From the NCBI RefSeq assembly GCF_009914755.1, contig NC_060938.1: DNA of 64,000 nt; one strand, given 5' to 3'. The translations under genes and the position numbers were made by a program. A model generated the notes under the pieces. It saw only the letters and a list, made by a program, of their open reading frames with translations. It ran no database searches and had not been told where the DNA came from. The DNA comes from the human T2T-CHM13v2.0 reference genome, Homo sapiens. Of the stretch, positions 51,251-64,000 are shown one piece after another (position 1 is the first letter of the stretch; the number at the start of each line of letters is the position of its first letter).

Positions 51251-54200
51251 AATGAACTTGAATGGAATGTACTGGAACGGAATGGACTCGAAGGGAATGG
51301 ACTCGAATCAAATGGAATCAAATGGAAAGCAATGGAATGGAATGGACTTGAATGGATTGGACAGGAATGGAATGGACTCGAATGGAATGGAATCGAATGG
51401 AATGGAATAGAATGAAATGGAATAGAATGGAATGGAGTGAAATGGAATGGACTCGGGAGGAATGGACTCGAATGGAATGGACTCGTGTGGAATGGACACG
51501 AGTCAAATGGACTAGAATGGAATGGACACGAGTGGAAAGGACTCGAATGCAATTGATGCAGGCCGAATGGACTCGAGCCGCATGGACTCCAATGGAATGG
51601 AATGGAATGGAAAGGAATGGAATGGACTCGAAGGGAATGGACTTGAATTTAACGGAATCATAGGGAAAGGAATGGAATGGAATGGAATGGACTTGAATGG
51701 ATTGGACAGGAATGGAATGGACTCGAATGGAACGGAATTGAATGAAATGGGAAGGAATGGAATGGATAGAAATGGAATGGACTCGAGTGGAAGGGACTCG
51801 AGTGGAATAGACTCCAGTCAAATGGACTAGAATGGAATGGACACGAGTGGAATAAACTCCAATGCAGTGGATTCAGGTAGAATGGACTCCAGCCAAATGG
51901 ACTCCAATGGAAAGGAATGGAATGGAATGGAATAAAATGGAATGGAGTGGAATGGAGTCGAATGGAATGGACAGGAATGGAATGGACTCGAATGGAATAT
52001 AATGGAATATAATGGAATGGAACCAACTGGAATGGAATAGACTCCAATGTAATGGAATCGAATGGAAAGCAATGGAATGGAATGGAATGGAATGGAATGG
52101 AATGGAATGGAATCGAATGGAATCGAATGGATTGGACTCGAATGGAATGGGCCCGAATGGTATGGAATCGAATGGAAGGGGATCGAATGGAATGGAATCG
52201 AATGGAATGGAATCAAATGTAATGACCTGGAATGGAATGGACTCAAATGGAATGGACTCGAATGGAATGGACACTAATGGAATGGACTCGAAGGGAATGG
52301 AATCGAGTGGAATGGAATCGAATGGAATGGAATCGAATGCAATGCAATCGAATGGAATGGACTGCAATGGAATGGAGTGGAACGGAATGGACTTGAATGA
52401 AATGGATTGCAATGGAATGGACTCAAAATGAATGGAATCAAATAACATGGAATCGAGTGGAATGGAATGGTATGCAATGGAATGGAACAGAATGGTATTG
52501 AATGGAATGTAATCTTATGGAATGCAATAGAATGTAATGTAATCGAATGGAATGGAATCGAAAGAAATGCAGTCGAATGGAATGGAAACAAATGGAATGG
52601 AATAGAATAGAATAGAATGGAATCTAATGGAATGGAATGGAATGGAATGGAATGGAATGGAAAGGAATGGAATGGAATTGAATGAAATGGACTCCAATGG
52701 AATGGAACGGAATCAAATGGAATGGGTATGAATGGAATGGAATCGAATGGAATGGAATCAAGTGGAATGAAATCAAATGGAAACAAATGGATTCGAATGG
52801 AATGCGGTGAAGCAGAGTGCAGTGGAGTAGAATGGATTGGAATGCAGTGGGGTGAAATGGAATTGAATGGAATGGAGTGGAGTGGAATGGAGTGGAAAGT
52901 TATGGAATAGGAAAGAATAGAATTGAACCAAGTGGAGTGGAGTGGAGTGGAGTGGATTCGAATGGAATGCAATGGAATGGGATGGAATGGAATGGAGTGT
53001 ATTGGAATCAAATGCAGAGGAATGGAATGGAATGAATTCGAATGGAATGGAATGGAGTGGAATGGAATGGAATGGAATGGAATGTACTCGAGTGGAATAC
53101 ACTCAAATGGAATGGACTTGCATCTAATGGAATAGAATCTAATGGAATGAATTTGAATGGAATGGAATGGAAAGATATTGAATTGAATGGAAGGGAATGG
53201 AATCAAATGGTATGGACTGGAATGGAATGGACTCAAATGTAATTGACTGGAATGAAATGGACTCGTATGGAATGGATTTGAATGCAGCGGACTCGAAAAA
53301 TATTGACTCCAAAGGAATGGAATCAATTGGAAGAGAATCGAATTGAAAGCAATTGAATGGAATGGAATAGAAAGGAATGGACTGGAATGGAATGGAATCG
53401 AATGGAATGGAAAAGAACAGAATGGAATGGAATGGAATGGAAAAGAACGCAATGGAATGGAATGGAATCGAATGCAATGGAATGAAATGAAATGCAATGG
53501 AATGGATTGGACTCCAATGTAATGGCCTCGAATGGAAAACATTCAAATTGAATGGAATAAAATGGAATTGAATCAAATGGAATGGGATCGAAAGGAGTGG
53601 GATCGAATGGAGTGGGATCGAATGGAGTGGAATTGAATGGAATGGAGTAAAATGGAATGGAATGGAATACAATGGACTACAATGGAAAGGATTCAAATGG
53701 AATGGAAACAGAAGGAATTGAATTGAATTGAATGGAATCAAATGGAATGGGATCCAATGGAATGGAGTGGAGTGCAGTGGAATGGAGTGGAATGGAATGG
53801 GAAGGAAAGGAATAGAACGGATTTGAGTGGAACAGAGAGGAGTGGAGTAGAGTGGAGTGGAGTGGAATGGAATGTAGTGGAGTGGAGTGGATTGGAATGT
53901 AGTGGGGTGGAGTGGAATGGAGTGGAGTGGTTTGGAGTGGAATGGAATAGAAGGGGAAGGAATGGAATTGAACGGTGTGGATTGGATGGGAGTGGATTTG
54001 AATGGAATGCAATGGAATGGAATGGAATGGAGTGGAATGGACTGGAATGCAGTGGAATACAATGCGTATGGGGTAATGGAATGTAGTGGAGTGGAGTGGA
54101 ATGGAATGGAATGGAATGGAATGGAATGGAATGGAATGGAATGGACTCGAGCGCAATAGACTTGAATGGAATGGACTCGAATGGAATGGAATGGAAAGCA

Positions 54201-57200
54201 GTGGAAAGATATCGAATGGAATGGAATGGAATGGAAAGGAATGGAATGGAATGCATTGGAATGCAATTGAATGGGATGGAATGGAACGGAACGGAATGGA
54301 ATTGAATGGAATCGAATGGAATAGATTGGAATGGAATGGAATGGGGTGGAAACGAATGGAATGGAATGAAATCAAGTGGAATGGAATGCAATGGACTACA
54401 ACGGAAAGGAGTAAAATGGAATGGATTCGAAAGGAATTGAATAGAATGGAATGGAATCGAATGGAATTGGATCCAATGGAATGGAATGGTCTCGAATGGA
54501 ATGAAATCAAATGGAATGGATTCTAATAGAATGGAATCGACTGGAATGGAACCGAAAGGAATGGAATAGAATGGCATCGATTGGAACCGAATGGAATGCG
54601 GTGAAATGGAGGGCAGTGGTGTGGAATGGAGGGGAATGGAAAGGGGTGAAATGGAAGTGAATAGAGTGGAGTTGAGTTGAGTGTAAAGCAGTGCAATGGA
54701 ATGGAATGTGAAGGAATGGAATTGAACATAGTGGAGTGGATTGGAGTGGAGTGGAATGGAATGCAATGGAGTGGAATGGAGTGTAGTGGAAGGTAATGGA
54801 GTTCAGAGCAGGGGAATGGAATGGACTGGAATGGAATGGAGTGGAATGGATGGACTCGAGTGGAATAGACTCGAATGGAATGAACTTGAGTTGAATGGAC
54901 TCGAGTTGACTGGACTAGAATGGAATTGACTTCAGTGGAATGGACACGAATGGAATGGACCCGAATGGAATGGAATCAAATCAAATGGAACGGAATGGAC
55001 TCGAATGGAATGGAATCGAGTGGAACAGACTCGAATTGACTGGAATTGAATGGAATGGACTCTAGTGGAATGAACTAGAATGGAATGGACTCGAAGCGAA
55101 TGGACTCGAATAGAATGGAATCAAATGGAAAGGAGTGGAATGGAATGGAATGGGCTCAAATGGGTTGGACAGGAATGGAATGGACTCAAATGAAACGGAA
55201 TCAAATGGAATGGAATCGAATGAAATGTAATGGAATTGAATGGAGTGAAATGGAATGGACTGGAGAGGAATGGACTTGAGTGGAATGGACTCGAGTTGAA
55301 TGGACTCGAGTCAAATGGACTAGAATGGAATGGACTCGAGTGGAGTGGACTCGAATGGAATGGACTTGGGTGGAATGGACTCAAGACACATGGATTCCAA
55401 TGAAATGGAATGGAATGAAATGGAATGGAACGTAATGGAATGGACTTGAATGGAACAGACTGTAATGGAATGGAATCAAATGGAAAGGAATGGAATGGAA
55501 TGGAATGTTCTCGAATGGATGGGATAGGAATGGAATGCACTCGAATGGAATGGAATGGAATGGAATGGAATGGAGTGAAATGGAATGTACTCGAGAGGAA
55601 TGGACTCGAATGAAATGGACTCGGGTGGAATTGACTCAAGCCGCATGGACTCCAATGGAATGGAATGGAATGGAGTGGAATGGAATATACTCGAAAGGAA
55701 TGGACTGGAATGGAATGGACTCGAAAGGAATGGAATGGAATGGAAGGGATTAGAATGGAATGGAATGGAATGGAATGGAATGGAATGGAATGGATTGGAA
55801 TGGAATCAAATGGAAAGGAATGGACTCCAATGTAATGGAATCCAATGAAACGGAATCAAATGGAATGGAATCGAATGTAATGTAATGCAATGTAATGTAA
55901 TGTAATGGAATCAAATGGATTGGACTCAAATGGAATGGGCTCTAACAGTGTGGAATCAAAAGGAAGGGGATCGAATGGATTGGAAGCAAATGGAATGGAA
56001 TCGAATGAAATGGTCTGGAATGGAATGGACTCGAATGGAATGAACACTAATCGAATGTACTCGAAAGGAATGGATGCAAAGGGAATGGAATCGAGTGGAA
56101 TGGAATCGAATGAAAAGCAATCGAATGGAAGGGACGGGAATGGAATGGAGTGGAATCAAATGGACTTGAATGGAATGGATTGCAATGGAACGGACTCAAA
56201 ATGAATGGAATCGAATGAAATGGAAATGAATGGAATGGAATGGAATGGAATGGAACGGAATGGAATGGTATCAAATAGAATGCAATCAAATGGAATGCAA
56301 TAGAAGGGAATGGAATCGAATGTAAAGGAATCGAATGAAATGCAGACGAAAGGAATGGAATCAAATGAAAGGAATCAAATAGAAGAGAATCGAATGTAAT
56401 GGAATCTAATGGAATGGAATGCAAGGCAATGGAAAGGAAAGAAATGGAACTGAATGGAATGGAAAGGAATGGGATGGAAAAGAATGAAATGGACTGGAAT
56501 GGAAGGGAATGGAATGGAATGGAATGGAATGGAATGGAATGGAATGGAAGGGAATGGAATGGAATGGAAGGGAATGGAATGGAATGGACACAAATGGAAT
56601 GGAATTGAATGGAATGCAATAGAATAGAAAGAAATAGGAATGCAATCCAATGGAATGGAATCCAATGGAAAGGAATTGAATGGAATCAACTGGAATGTGG
56701 TGAAGTGGAGAACAGAGGGGTGGAATGGAATTGAATGCAGTGGAGTGCACTGGTTTTGAATGGAGTGGAATGGAAAGAGAAGAAATATAATTGAATGGAG
56801 TTGAGTGGAGTGGAGAGGAATTGAAAAGCAATGGAATGGAATAGAATGGAATTGATTAAAACCGAGTGGAATGGAACGGAATGGAATGGAATGGAATGGA
56901 ATGGAAACGAATGGCATCGAATAAAATGTGGTGAAGTGGAGTAGAGAGGAGTGGAATGGACGGGAATGGAATGGTGTGGAATGGAATTGAATGGAGTGGA
57001 GTGGATTGGAGTGGAATGGAGTAGAGTGGAATGATAATGAATGGAATTTAACGGAGTGGAGAGGAGTGGAGAGGAATGGAGTGGAATGGAATGGAATGGG
57101 AAGGAATGGAATTGAACGGAAAGTAGTGGAGTGGATGGGAAAGCAGTGGAATGGAATGGAATGGAGTGGAGTGGAATGGAATAGAATGGAATGGAATGGA

Positions 57201-60200
57201 ATGGAGTTGAATGGACTGGAATAGAATGGAATGGAGTAGAGCAGAATTTATTGGAATGGAATGGAATGAAATCGAATAGAATGAAGTGGCACAAAATGGA
57301 GTGGAGTGAAGGGAAATGGAATGGAATGGAGTGGAATGGAATGGAATGGATTGTAATGGAATGGATTGGAATGGACTGGACTCGAATGGAGTGGAATAGA
57401 ATGGAATGGAATCCAAAGGAATGGTATTGAAAGGAATGGAAACGAATGGAATGGAATGGAATGGAATAGAATGGAATGGAAAGGAATTAACTCGAAAAGA
57501 TTTGAAGGCAATGGAATTAAAAGGAATGGAATAGAATAGAATGGAATGGAGTAGAATGGAATGGAACGAAATGGAATGGAATGCAATGGAGTGGAATGGA
57601 AAAGAATGGAATGGAATCAAACAGCATTGAATGGATTGCGGTTAAGTGGAGTGGAGAGGACTGGAATGGAGTGGAATGGAATGGAGTGGAATGGAATAGA
57701 ATGGGCTGGAGTGTATTGCATTGGAAAGGAGTGGAATGGAATGGGAAGGAATGGAATTGAGCAGAGTGAATAGGAGTGTAGTGGAATGCAGTAGAATGGA
57801 ATGGAAGGAATAGAAGGGAATGGAATGGAAGGGAATGGACTCGAATGGAATGGAATAGAATGCAATAGAATTGAATGGAATTGATTGGAAACGAATGGAA
57901 ACGAAACGAATGGAATGGAATTGAATGGAATGGAAACAAATAGAGTGGAAAGGAATGGAATGGAATGGTCTCGAATAGAGTGAAATGGAATGGAATTGAG
58001 TGCAATGGAATCAAAAGGAATGGAATGGAATCAAATGAAATGGAATGGAATCAAATGCAATGGAATGGAAGGGAATGGATTGGAATGGAACGGAATGGGA
58101 TGGAACTGAATGGAATGGAAGGGAAATGAATGGAATGGAATCTAATGGAATGGAATCAAATGAAATGGAATGCAATCGAATGCAATAGAATCGAAAGGAA
58201 TGGAAAGGAATGGAACGGAATGGAATGGAAATGAATGGAATGGAATGGAATCGAATGGAATGGAACTGAGTGGCATCAAATGGAATGCGGTGAACTGGAG
58301 TGGAGAGGAGTGGAATTGAGTGGAATGGAATGGAGTGGAATGGAATAGAATGGAGTGGAGTGGATTGGATTGGAACAGAGTGGAATGGAATGGGAAGGAA
58401 TGGAATTGAAAAGAGTGGAGTGGAGTGGAGTGGAATGCAGTGCAATGGAATGGAATGGAATGGAATGGAATGGAATGGAATGGAAATGACACGAATGGAA
58501 TTGAAAGGAATGGAATGGAATGGAATAGTATCGAATGGAATCGAATGGAATTGAATGCAATGGACTCGAAAGGAATGGAATCAAATGGAATGGAGTGGAT
58601 TCGAATGGAAAGGAATCAAATGACATAGAATGGAATTGAATGCAAGGAATCAAATGGAACACAATCAAAAGGAATGGAACCGAAAGGAATGGAATCAAAT
58701 GGTATCGAATGAAATAAAATGGAATGGAATCAAATGGCATCGAAAGGATTCGAATGGAATGTGGTGAAGTTCAGTGGAGTGGTGTGCAATGGAAAGTATT
58801 GGAATGCAATTGAATGGAGTGGAGAGGAGTGGAGAGGAATGGAGTGGAATTGAATGTAACGGGAAGGAATGGAATTGAATGGAGTGGAGTGGATTGGAAA
58901 GAAATGGAATAGAATGGAATGGAGTGAAAAGGAATGGAGTGGAGTGGAGTTGAGTGGAGAGGAATGGAATAGAATGGAATGGAGTGGAATGGATTGAAAC
59001 GGAGTGGAATGGAGTGGAGTGGAATGGAATGGAATTGAGTGGAATTGAATGGAATAGAATGGAATGGAATCGAATGGAATGGAGTGGCGTTAAGGGGAGT
59101 GAATTGGAGTGAAGGGTTATGGAACGGAATGGAATGGAATGGAATGGAATGGAACGAAACGTATTGGAATGGAATGGACTGGACTCGAATGGAATGGAAT
59201 TCAATGGAAGGGAATCCAAAGGAATGGAATCAATGAATGGAATGGAATGCAATGGAATGGAATGGAATGGAATGCAATGGAAAGGAATTGAATGCAAAGG
59301 AATGAAGTGGAACGGAATAAAATGGAATGGAATGGAATAGAATGGAATAGTATCGAATGGAATGGAATGACAAGGAATCAAAAGGAATGGAATGCAATCA
59401 ACTGAATTGGAATGGAATAGAATGGAATGGGATGGAATGGAATGGAATGGAATGGAATGGAATGGAATGGAAGGGAAGGGAAAGTAATTGAATGGATTAG
59501 AACGGAATTGAATTGAATGTAATCAAATGGCATGGAATGGATTGCGGTGAATCGGAGTGGAGAGGAGTGGAATGGAGTGGAATGGAGTGGATTGGAATAG
59601 AATGGAGTGGAGTGGATTGGAATAGAATGGAGTGGAGTGGATTGGATTAGAATGGAGTGGAATGGAATGGGAAGGAATGGAGTAAAGCAGAGTGGAGTGG
59701 AGTTAGTGGAATGCAGTGGAATGGAATGGAATGGAAAGGAATGGAATGGACTGGAATCGAATGAAATGGAATGGAATGGAATGGAACAGAAGGGAATGAA
59801 ATCGAAAGGAAAGGATTCGAAAGGAATGGATTCGAATGGAATGGAATCGAATTTAATGAAATTGAACGGAATGGACTGGAATGGAATGGAATCGAATGGA
59901 ATGCTGTGAAGTGGAGTGGAGTGGAATGGAGTGGAATAGAATGGGCTGGAATGGAATAGAATGCAGTGGAGTGGAGGGAAATTGATTGGAATGGAAAGGA
60001 ATGGGAAGGAAAGGAATTGAATGGAATGGAGTGCAATGTATTTGAGTGCAATGCATTGGATTTGATTGGAATGGAGTTGAGTGGAGGGGAGACGAGTGGA
60101 GTGGAGTGGAATGAAATGGATTGGAATGGAATTGAATCAAATGGAATGGATTGGAATGGATTGGATTCCAGTGGAATGGCTGGAATGGATTGGACTCAAA

Positions 60201-63200
60201 AGGAATGGACTCAAATGGAATGGAGTCAAATATAACGGAATGGAATGCAATGGAACGGAATGGAATGGAATGGAATCAAATGCCAAGGAATCAAATGCAA
60301 TGGAATCGAATGGAACGGAATCAAATAGAATGGGATTGAATGGAATGGAATCGAATGGAATGGATTCGAATTGAATGGATTCGAAAAGCATCTAATGGAT
60401 TTGAAAACAATGTGGTGAAGTGGAGAGGAGTGGAATGAAGTGGAATGGAATGGGGTGGAATTTAATTGAATGGAGTGGAGTGGAGTCAGGTGAAATGGAT
60501 TGGAAAGGAATTGAATGGGAAGGAATGGAATTGAACGGAGGGGAGTGGACTGGACTGGAATGCAATGGAATGGAATGTATTACAGTGGAATGAAATGGAA
60601 TGAATGGAAATGGAATTGAATGGAGAGGAGTGGAGTGGAATGGAATGTAATAGAATGGAATGGAAAGAATTGGAATGGAATGTAGTGGAGTAGAATGGAG
60701 TGGATTGGAATAAAATGGAATGGAGTGGAATAGAATGGAATGGGGTGGAGTGGAGAGGAGTGGAGTGGATTGCAGTGCGATGGAACACAATGGAAAGGAA
60801 TGGAATTGAATAGAATGGAATGGAATGAATTGGATTGGAATGTAGTGGAGTGGAATGGAGTGGAGTGGAATGAAATGGAGTGGAGTGGAATAGAATAGAA
60901 TGGAGTGGAGTGCAGTGGAGTGGATTGCAGTGGGATGGAATAGAATGGAATGGAATGGACTGGAGCAGAATGTAGTGTAATGGAGTGGAGTGGAATGGAG
61001 TGGAGTGGAGTGGAGTGGAATGGAATGAAATGGAATGGACGCGAGTGGAATGGACTCGAATGTAATGGACCCAAACTGAATGGACCTGAATGTAGTAGAC
61101 TGGAATGGAATGGCCTCGAATGCAATGGAATCTAACGGAATGGAATTCAAAGGAATGAAATTGAATGGAATGGAATCAAATGGAATGGAACTGAATGGAA
61201 TCGAATGACATCGAATGGAATTGAATGGGATGCCGTGAAGTAGAGTGGAGTGGAGTGGAATGGTGTGGAATGGAATAGGGTGGACTGGAATTCAATGGAG
61301 TGGAGTGCAGTGGAATCTAACGGAATGTGATAAAATGGAATTTAAAGGAATGGAATTGAACAGAGTGGAGTGGAAAGCAATGGAATGGAATGGAGTGGAG
61401 TGGAGTGAAGTGGAGTGGAGTGGAATGCAGTGGAGTGGATTTGAGTGGAATAGAGTGGAATGTAGAAGAATCGAGGGGAGTGGATTTGTTTGGAGTTGAG
61501 TTGAATGGAATGGAAAGGAATGGAGTGGAGTCGAGTGGAGTGCAATGGTATGGAATGGAGTGGAATGGAATGGAATGGATTGGAATAGATTTGAATGGAA
61601 TGCAATGGAATGGAATGGAATGCATTGGAATGGGTAGGAGTGGATTTGAACGGAGTGGAGTGGAGTGCAATGCAATGGAATGGAATGGAGTATAGTGGAA
61701 TGGAATATGAAGGAATGGAATGCAATGGACTCGAGTAAAATGGACTGGACTGGAATGGACTGGGAGGGAATGGAGAGGAATGGAATGGACTCGAATGAAA
61801 AGCACCCAAATGGTGTGGAATCGAGTGGAAGGGAATCAAATTGAATGGAATACACTGGAATGGAATCGAAAGGAAATTGAATCGAATGGAATGGAATTGA
61901 ATAGAATGGAATCGACTGGAATGAAATGGAATGTAAAGGAATAGAATGGCATCGTATTGAATCTAACAGAATGCGGTTAAGTGGAGTGGAGTGTAATGGA
62001 GTGGAATTGAATGATGTGGAACTCAATTGTATGGAGTGCGATGGAGTGGAATGGAATGGAATGGGAAGGAATGGAATTGAGTGGAGTGGAGTGGAGTGGA
62101 GTGGATTGTAATGCAATGGAATGGAATGGAATGGAATAGAGTGAAGTGGAATGGAGTGGAGTGGAGAGGAGTGGAGTGTAAAGGAAAGTACCGAATGGAG
62201 TGGAATGGAATGGAGAGGAATGGAATGGAATGGAGTCGACAGGAGGGCAATGGAATGTAATGGAATAGAAAGGAATGGAATGTAGTGGAGTGGAGTTGAG
62301 TGGAATGGAGGGGAATGGAATGGAATGGAATGGAATGGAATGGAATGGAATGGAATGGACTCAAAGGGAATGTACTTGAATGGAATGGAATAGTTTGGAA
62401 AGGAATCCAATGGAATGGAATGGAATGGAACGGACTCGAATTGAATGGAATGGAATGGAATGGAAAGGAATGGAATGAAATGGAATGGAATGGAATGGAA
62501 CGGAATGGAATGGAATGGAATGGAATGGAATGGAATGGAATGGAATGGAACGGGATTGAATGGAATGGAATGGAATCAAATGAAATAGAATGAATTGGAA
62601 TGGAATTGAATGGAAAGGAATTGAATGGCATCCACTGGAATGCTGTGAAGTGGAGTAGAGAGAAGTGGAATGCAGTGGAATGGAATAGAGTGGAATGGAA
62701 TTGAATGGAATGGAGTGGATTGGAGAAGAATAGAGTGGAATGGAATGAGAACGAATGGAATTGAATGGAGTGGAGTGGAGCAGAGCAGAGTGGAATGGAA
62801 TGCAATAGAATGGAATGGAATGGAATGGAATGGAATGGAATGGAATGGAATGGAATGGAATGGAAAAGTGGAATGGAGTGGAATGCAGTGGAATAGAATG
62901 GAGTGGAGTGGAATGGAATGGAGTGAAGTGGAAAGGAATGGAAAGGAGTGAAGTGGAGAGGAATGGAAAGGAAGGAAAGGAAAGGGAAGAGAATGGAAAA
63001 GAATATAATGGACTCCGACAGAATAGACTCAAACGGAATAGACTGGAATAGATTGGACTGGAATGGAATGGACTCGAATGGAATGGACTCAAATGGAATG
63101 GACTGGAGTGAAATGGATTGGAATAGAATGGGCTCGAATGGAATTGACTGGAGTGGAATAGTCCCGAATGGAATGGACTCAAAAGGAATGGACTGCAATG

Positions 63201-64000
63201 GAATGGACTGGAATTGAAACGAATTGAATGGAATGTCCTCGAATGTAATGGAATCGAATGGAAATGAATCGACGGGAATGGAATAGAATGGAATGGAATC
63301 AAATGGAGAGGAATAAAGTGGAAGGCAATCGAAAGGAATGGAATTGAATGGCAATGAATGGAATCAAATGGAATGTGATGAACTGGAGTGGAATGGATTG
63401 TCATGGAGTGTAATGGAATTGGGTGGAAATAAATTGAATGGAATGTAGTGGAGTGGAGAAGAGTGGAGTGGAATGGAATGGAATGAGAAGTAATGGAATT
63501 GAATGGAGTGGAGTAGAGAGGAGTGGACTGGAATGGACTGGAATGGACTGGACTGGAATGGAATGGAAAGAATGGAATTTAATTTAATGGACTCGAAAGG
63601 AATGGACTCGAATGGAATGCAATAGAGTGAAATATAATCGAAAGGAATGGACCCGAATGGAATAAAATCAAATCGAAAGGAATGAAATCGAATGGAATGG
63701 AATGGAATCGAATCGAATGGAGTGGAATCAAAAGGTTTGGAATCGAATAGAATGGAATCGAATGGAAACGACTGTAATCGAATGGTATGCATTGAAATGG
63801 AGTGCAGTGGAATGGAATGGAGTGGAAAGGAATGGGGAGGAATGGATTTCAATGGAGTGTAGTGGAGTGGAGTGGAAAGGAATAGAATGGGATTGAATGG
63901 AATGGAGTTGAATACAATGGAATGGAATGGAATAAAGTGGATCAGAGTGGATTGGAGTGGAATGGAATCGAACAGAATGGAATGGAAAGGATTGGAATGG

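Larger units (their letters stand above)
49078..64000 (+). repeat. Diverged human satellite 3-type pentamer array (GGAAT/GGAGT)n, purine-rich strand on +
   Basis: Continuous 5-bp periodicity of GGAAT with GGAGT, GGACT-CGAAT and GAATC-GAAT variants. I did not see the HSat2 ATCATCGAAT signature. Strand polarity is constant to the end of the window. Confidence 0.95.

Noticed and set aside
62954-63003. Purine tract with possible triplex (H-DNA) potential
   Set aside because: Short and interrupted, with no convincing mirror symmetry. It is expected from T-to-purine drift in a purine-rich satellite strand.
49066-63896. Long low-complexity ORFs (up to 443 aa; HSIPF/MEWNG repeats)
   Set aside because: Direct translations of (ATTCC)n/(GGAAT)n, which lack stop codons. 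They are open in many overlapping frames at once.
49078-64000. HSat2 assignment
   Set aside because: The characteristic ATCATCGAAT 23/26-bp unit was not seen. GGAAT runs with GGACTCGAA fit HSat3.

Overview
Primate, most likely human, pericentromeric satellite DNA with no protein-coding genes. Layout: (1) 1-~36314, about 9.4 copies of a 23-monomer (~3913 bp) alpha-satellite higher-order repeat (HOR) with pJ-alpha/A-type monomers and no intact CENP-B box. It resembles the inactive 3.9-kb pTRA-2-type array of the acrocentric chromosomes (recalled, not verified). (2) ~36315-37996, diverged monomeric alpha satellite in the same orientation. (3) A sharp strand switch at 37996/37997, then inverted monomeric alpha satellite to ~49077, interrupted by a 1.15-kb 5'-truncated L1PA3/PA4-like element. 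(4) ~49078-64000, diverged (GGAAT/GGAGT)n HSat3-type satellite. All ORFs in the track are satellite translation artefacts, except two that are remnants of L1 ORF2. I found no evidence for a new gene-based system. The noteworthy signals are structural. In the HOR: an out-of-register 22-mer triplication, an 11,738-bp super-period and a young nested clade. In the monomeric layer: fossil HOR blocks and a possible 11-nt L1 3' transduction. In the pentamer satellite: an orphan Alu fragment, a recurring landmark grammar and a ~3.8-kb ancient duplication. All comparisons were made by eye.
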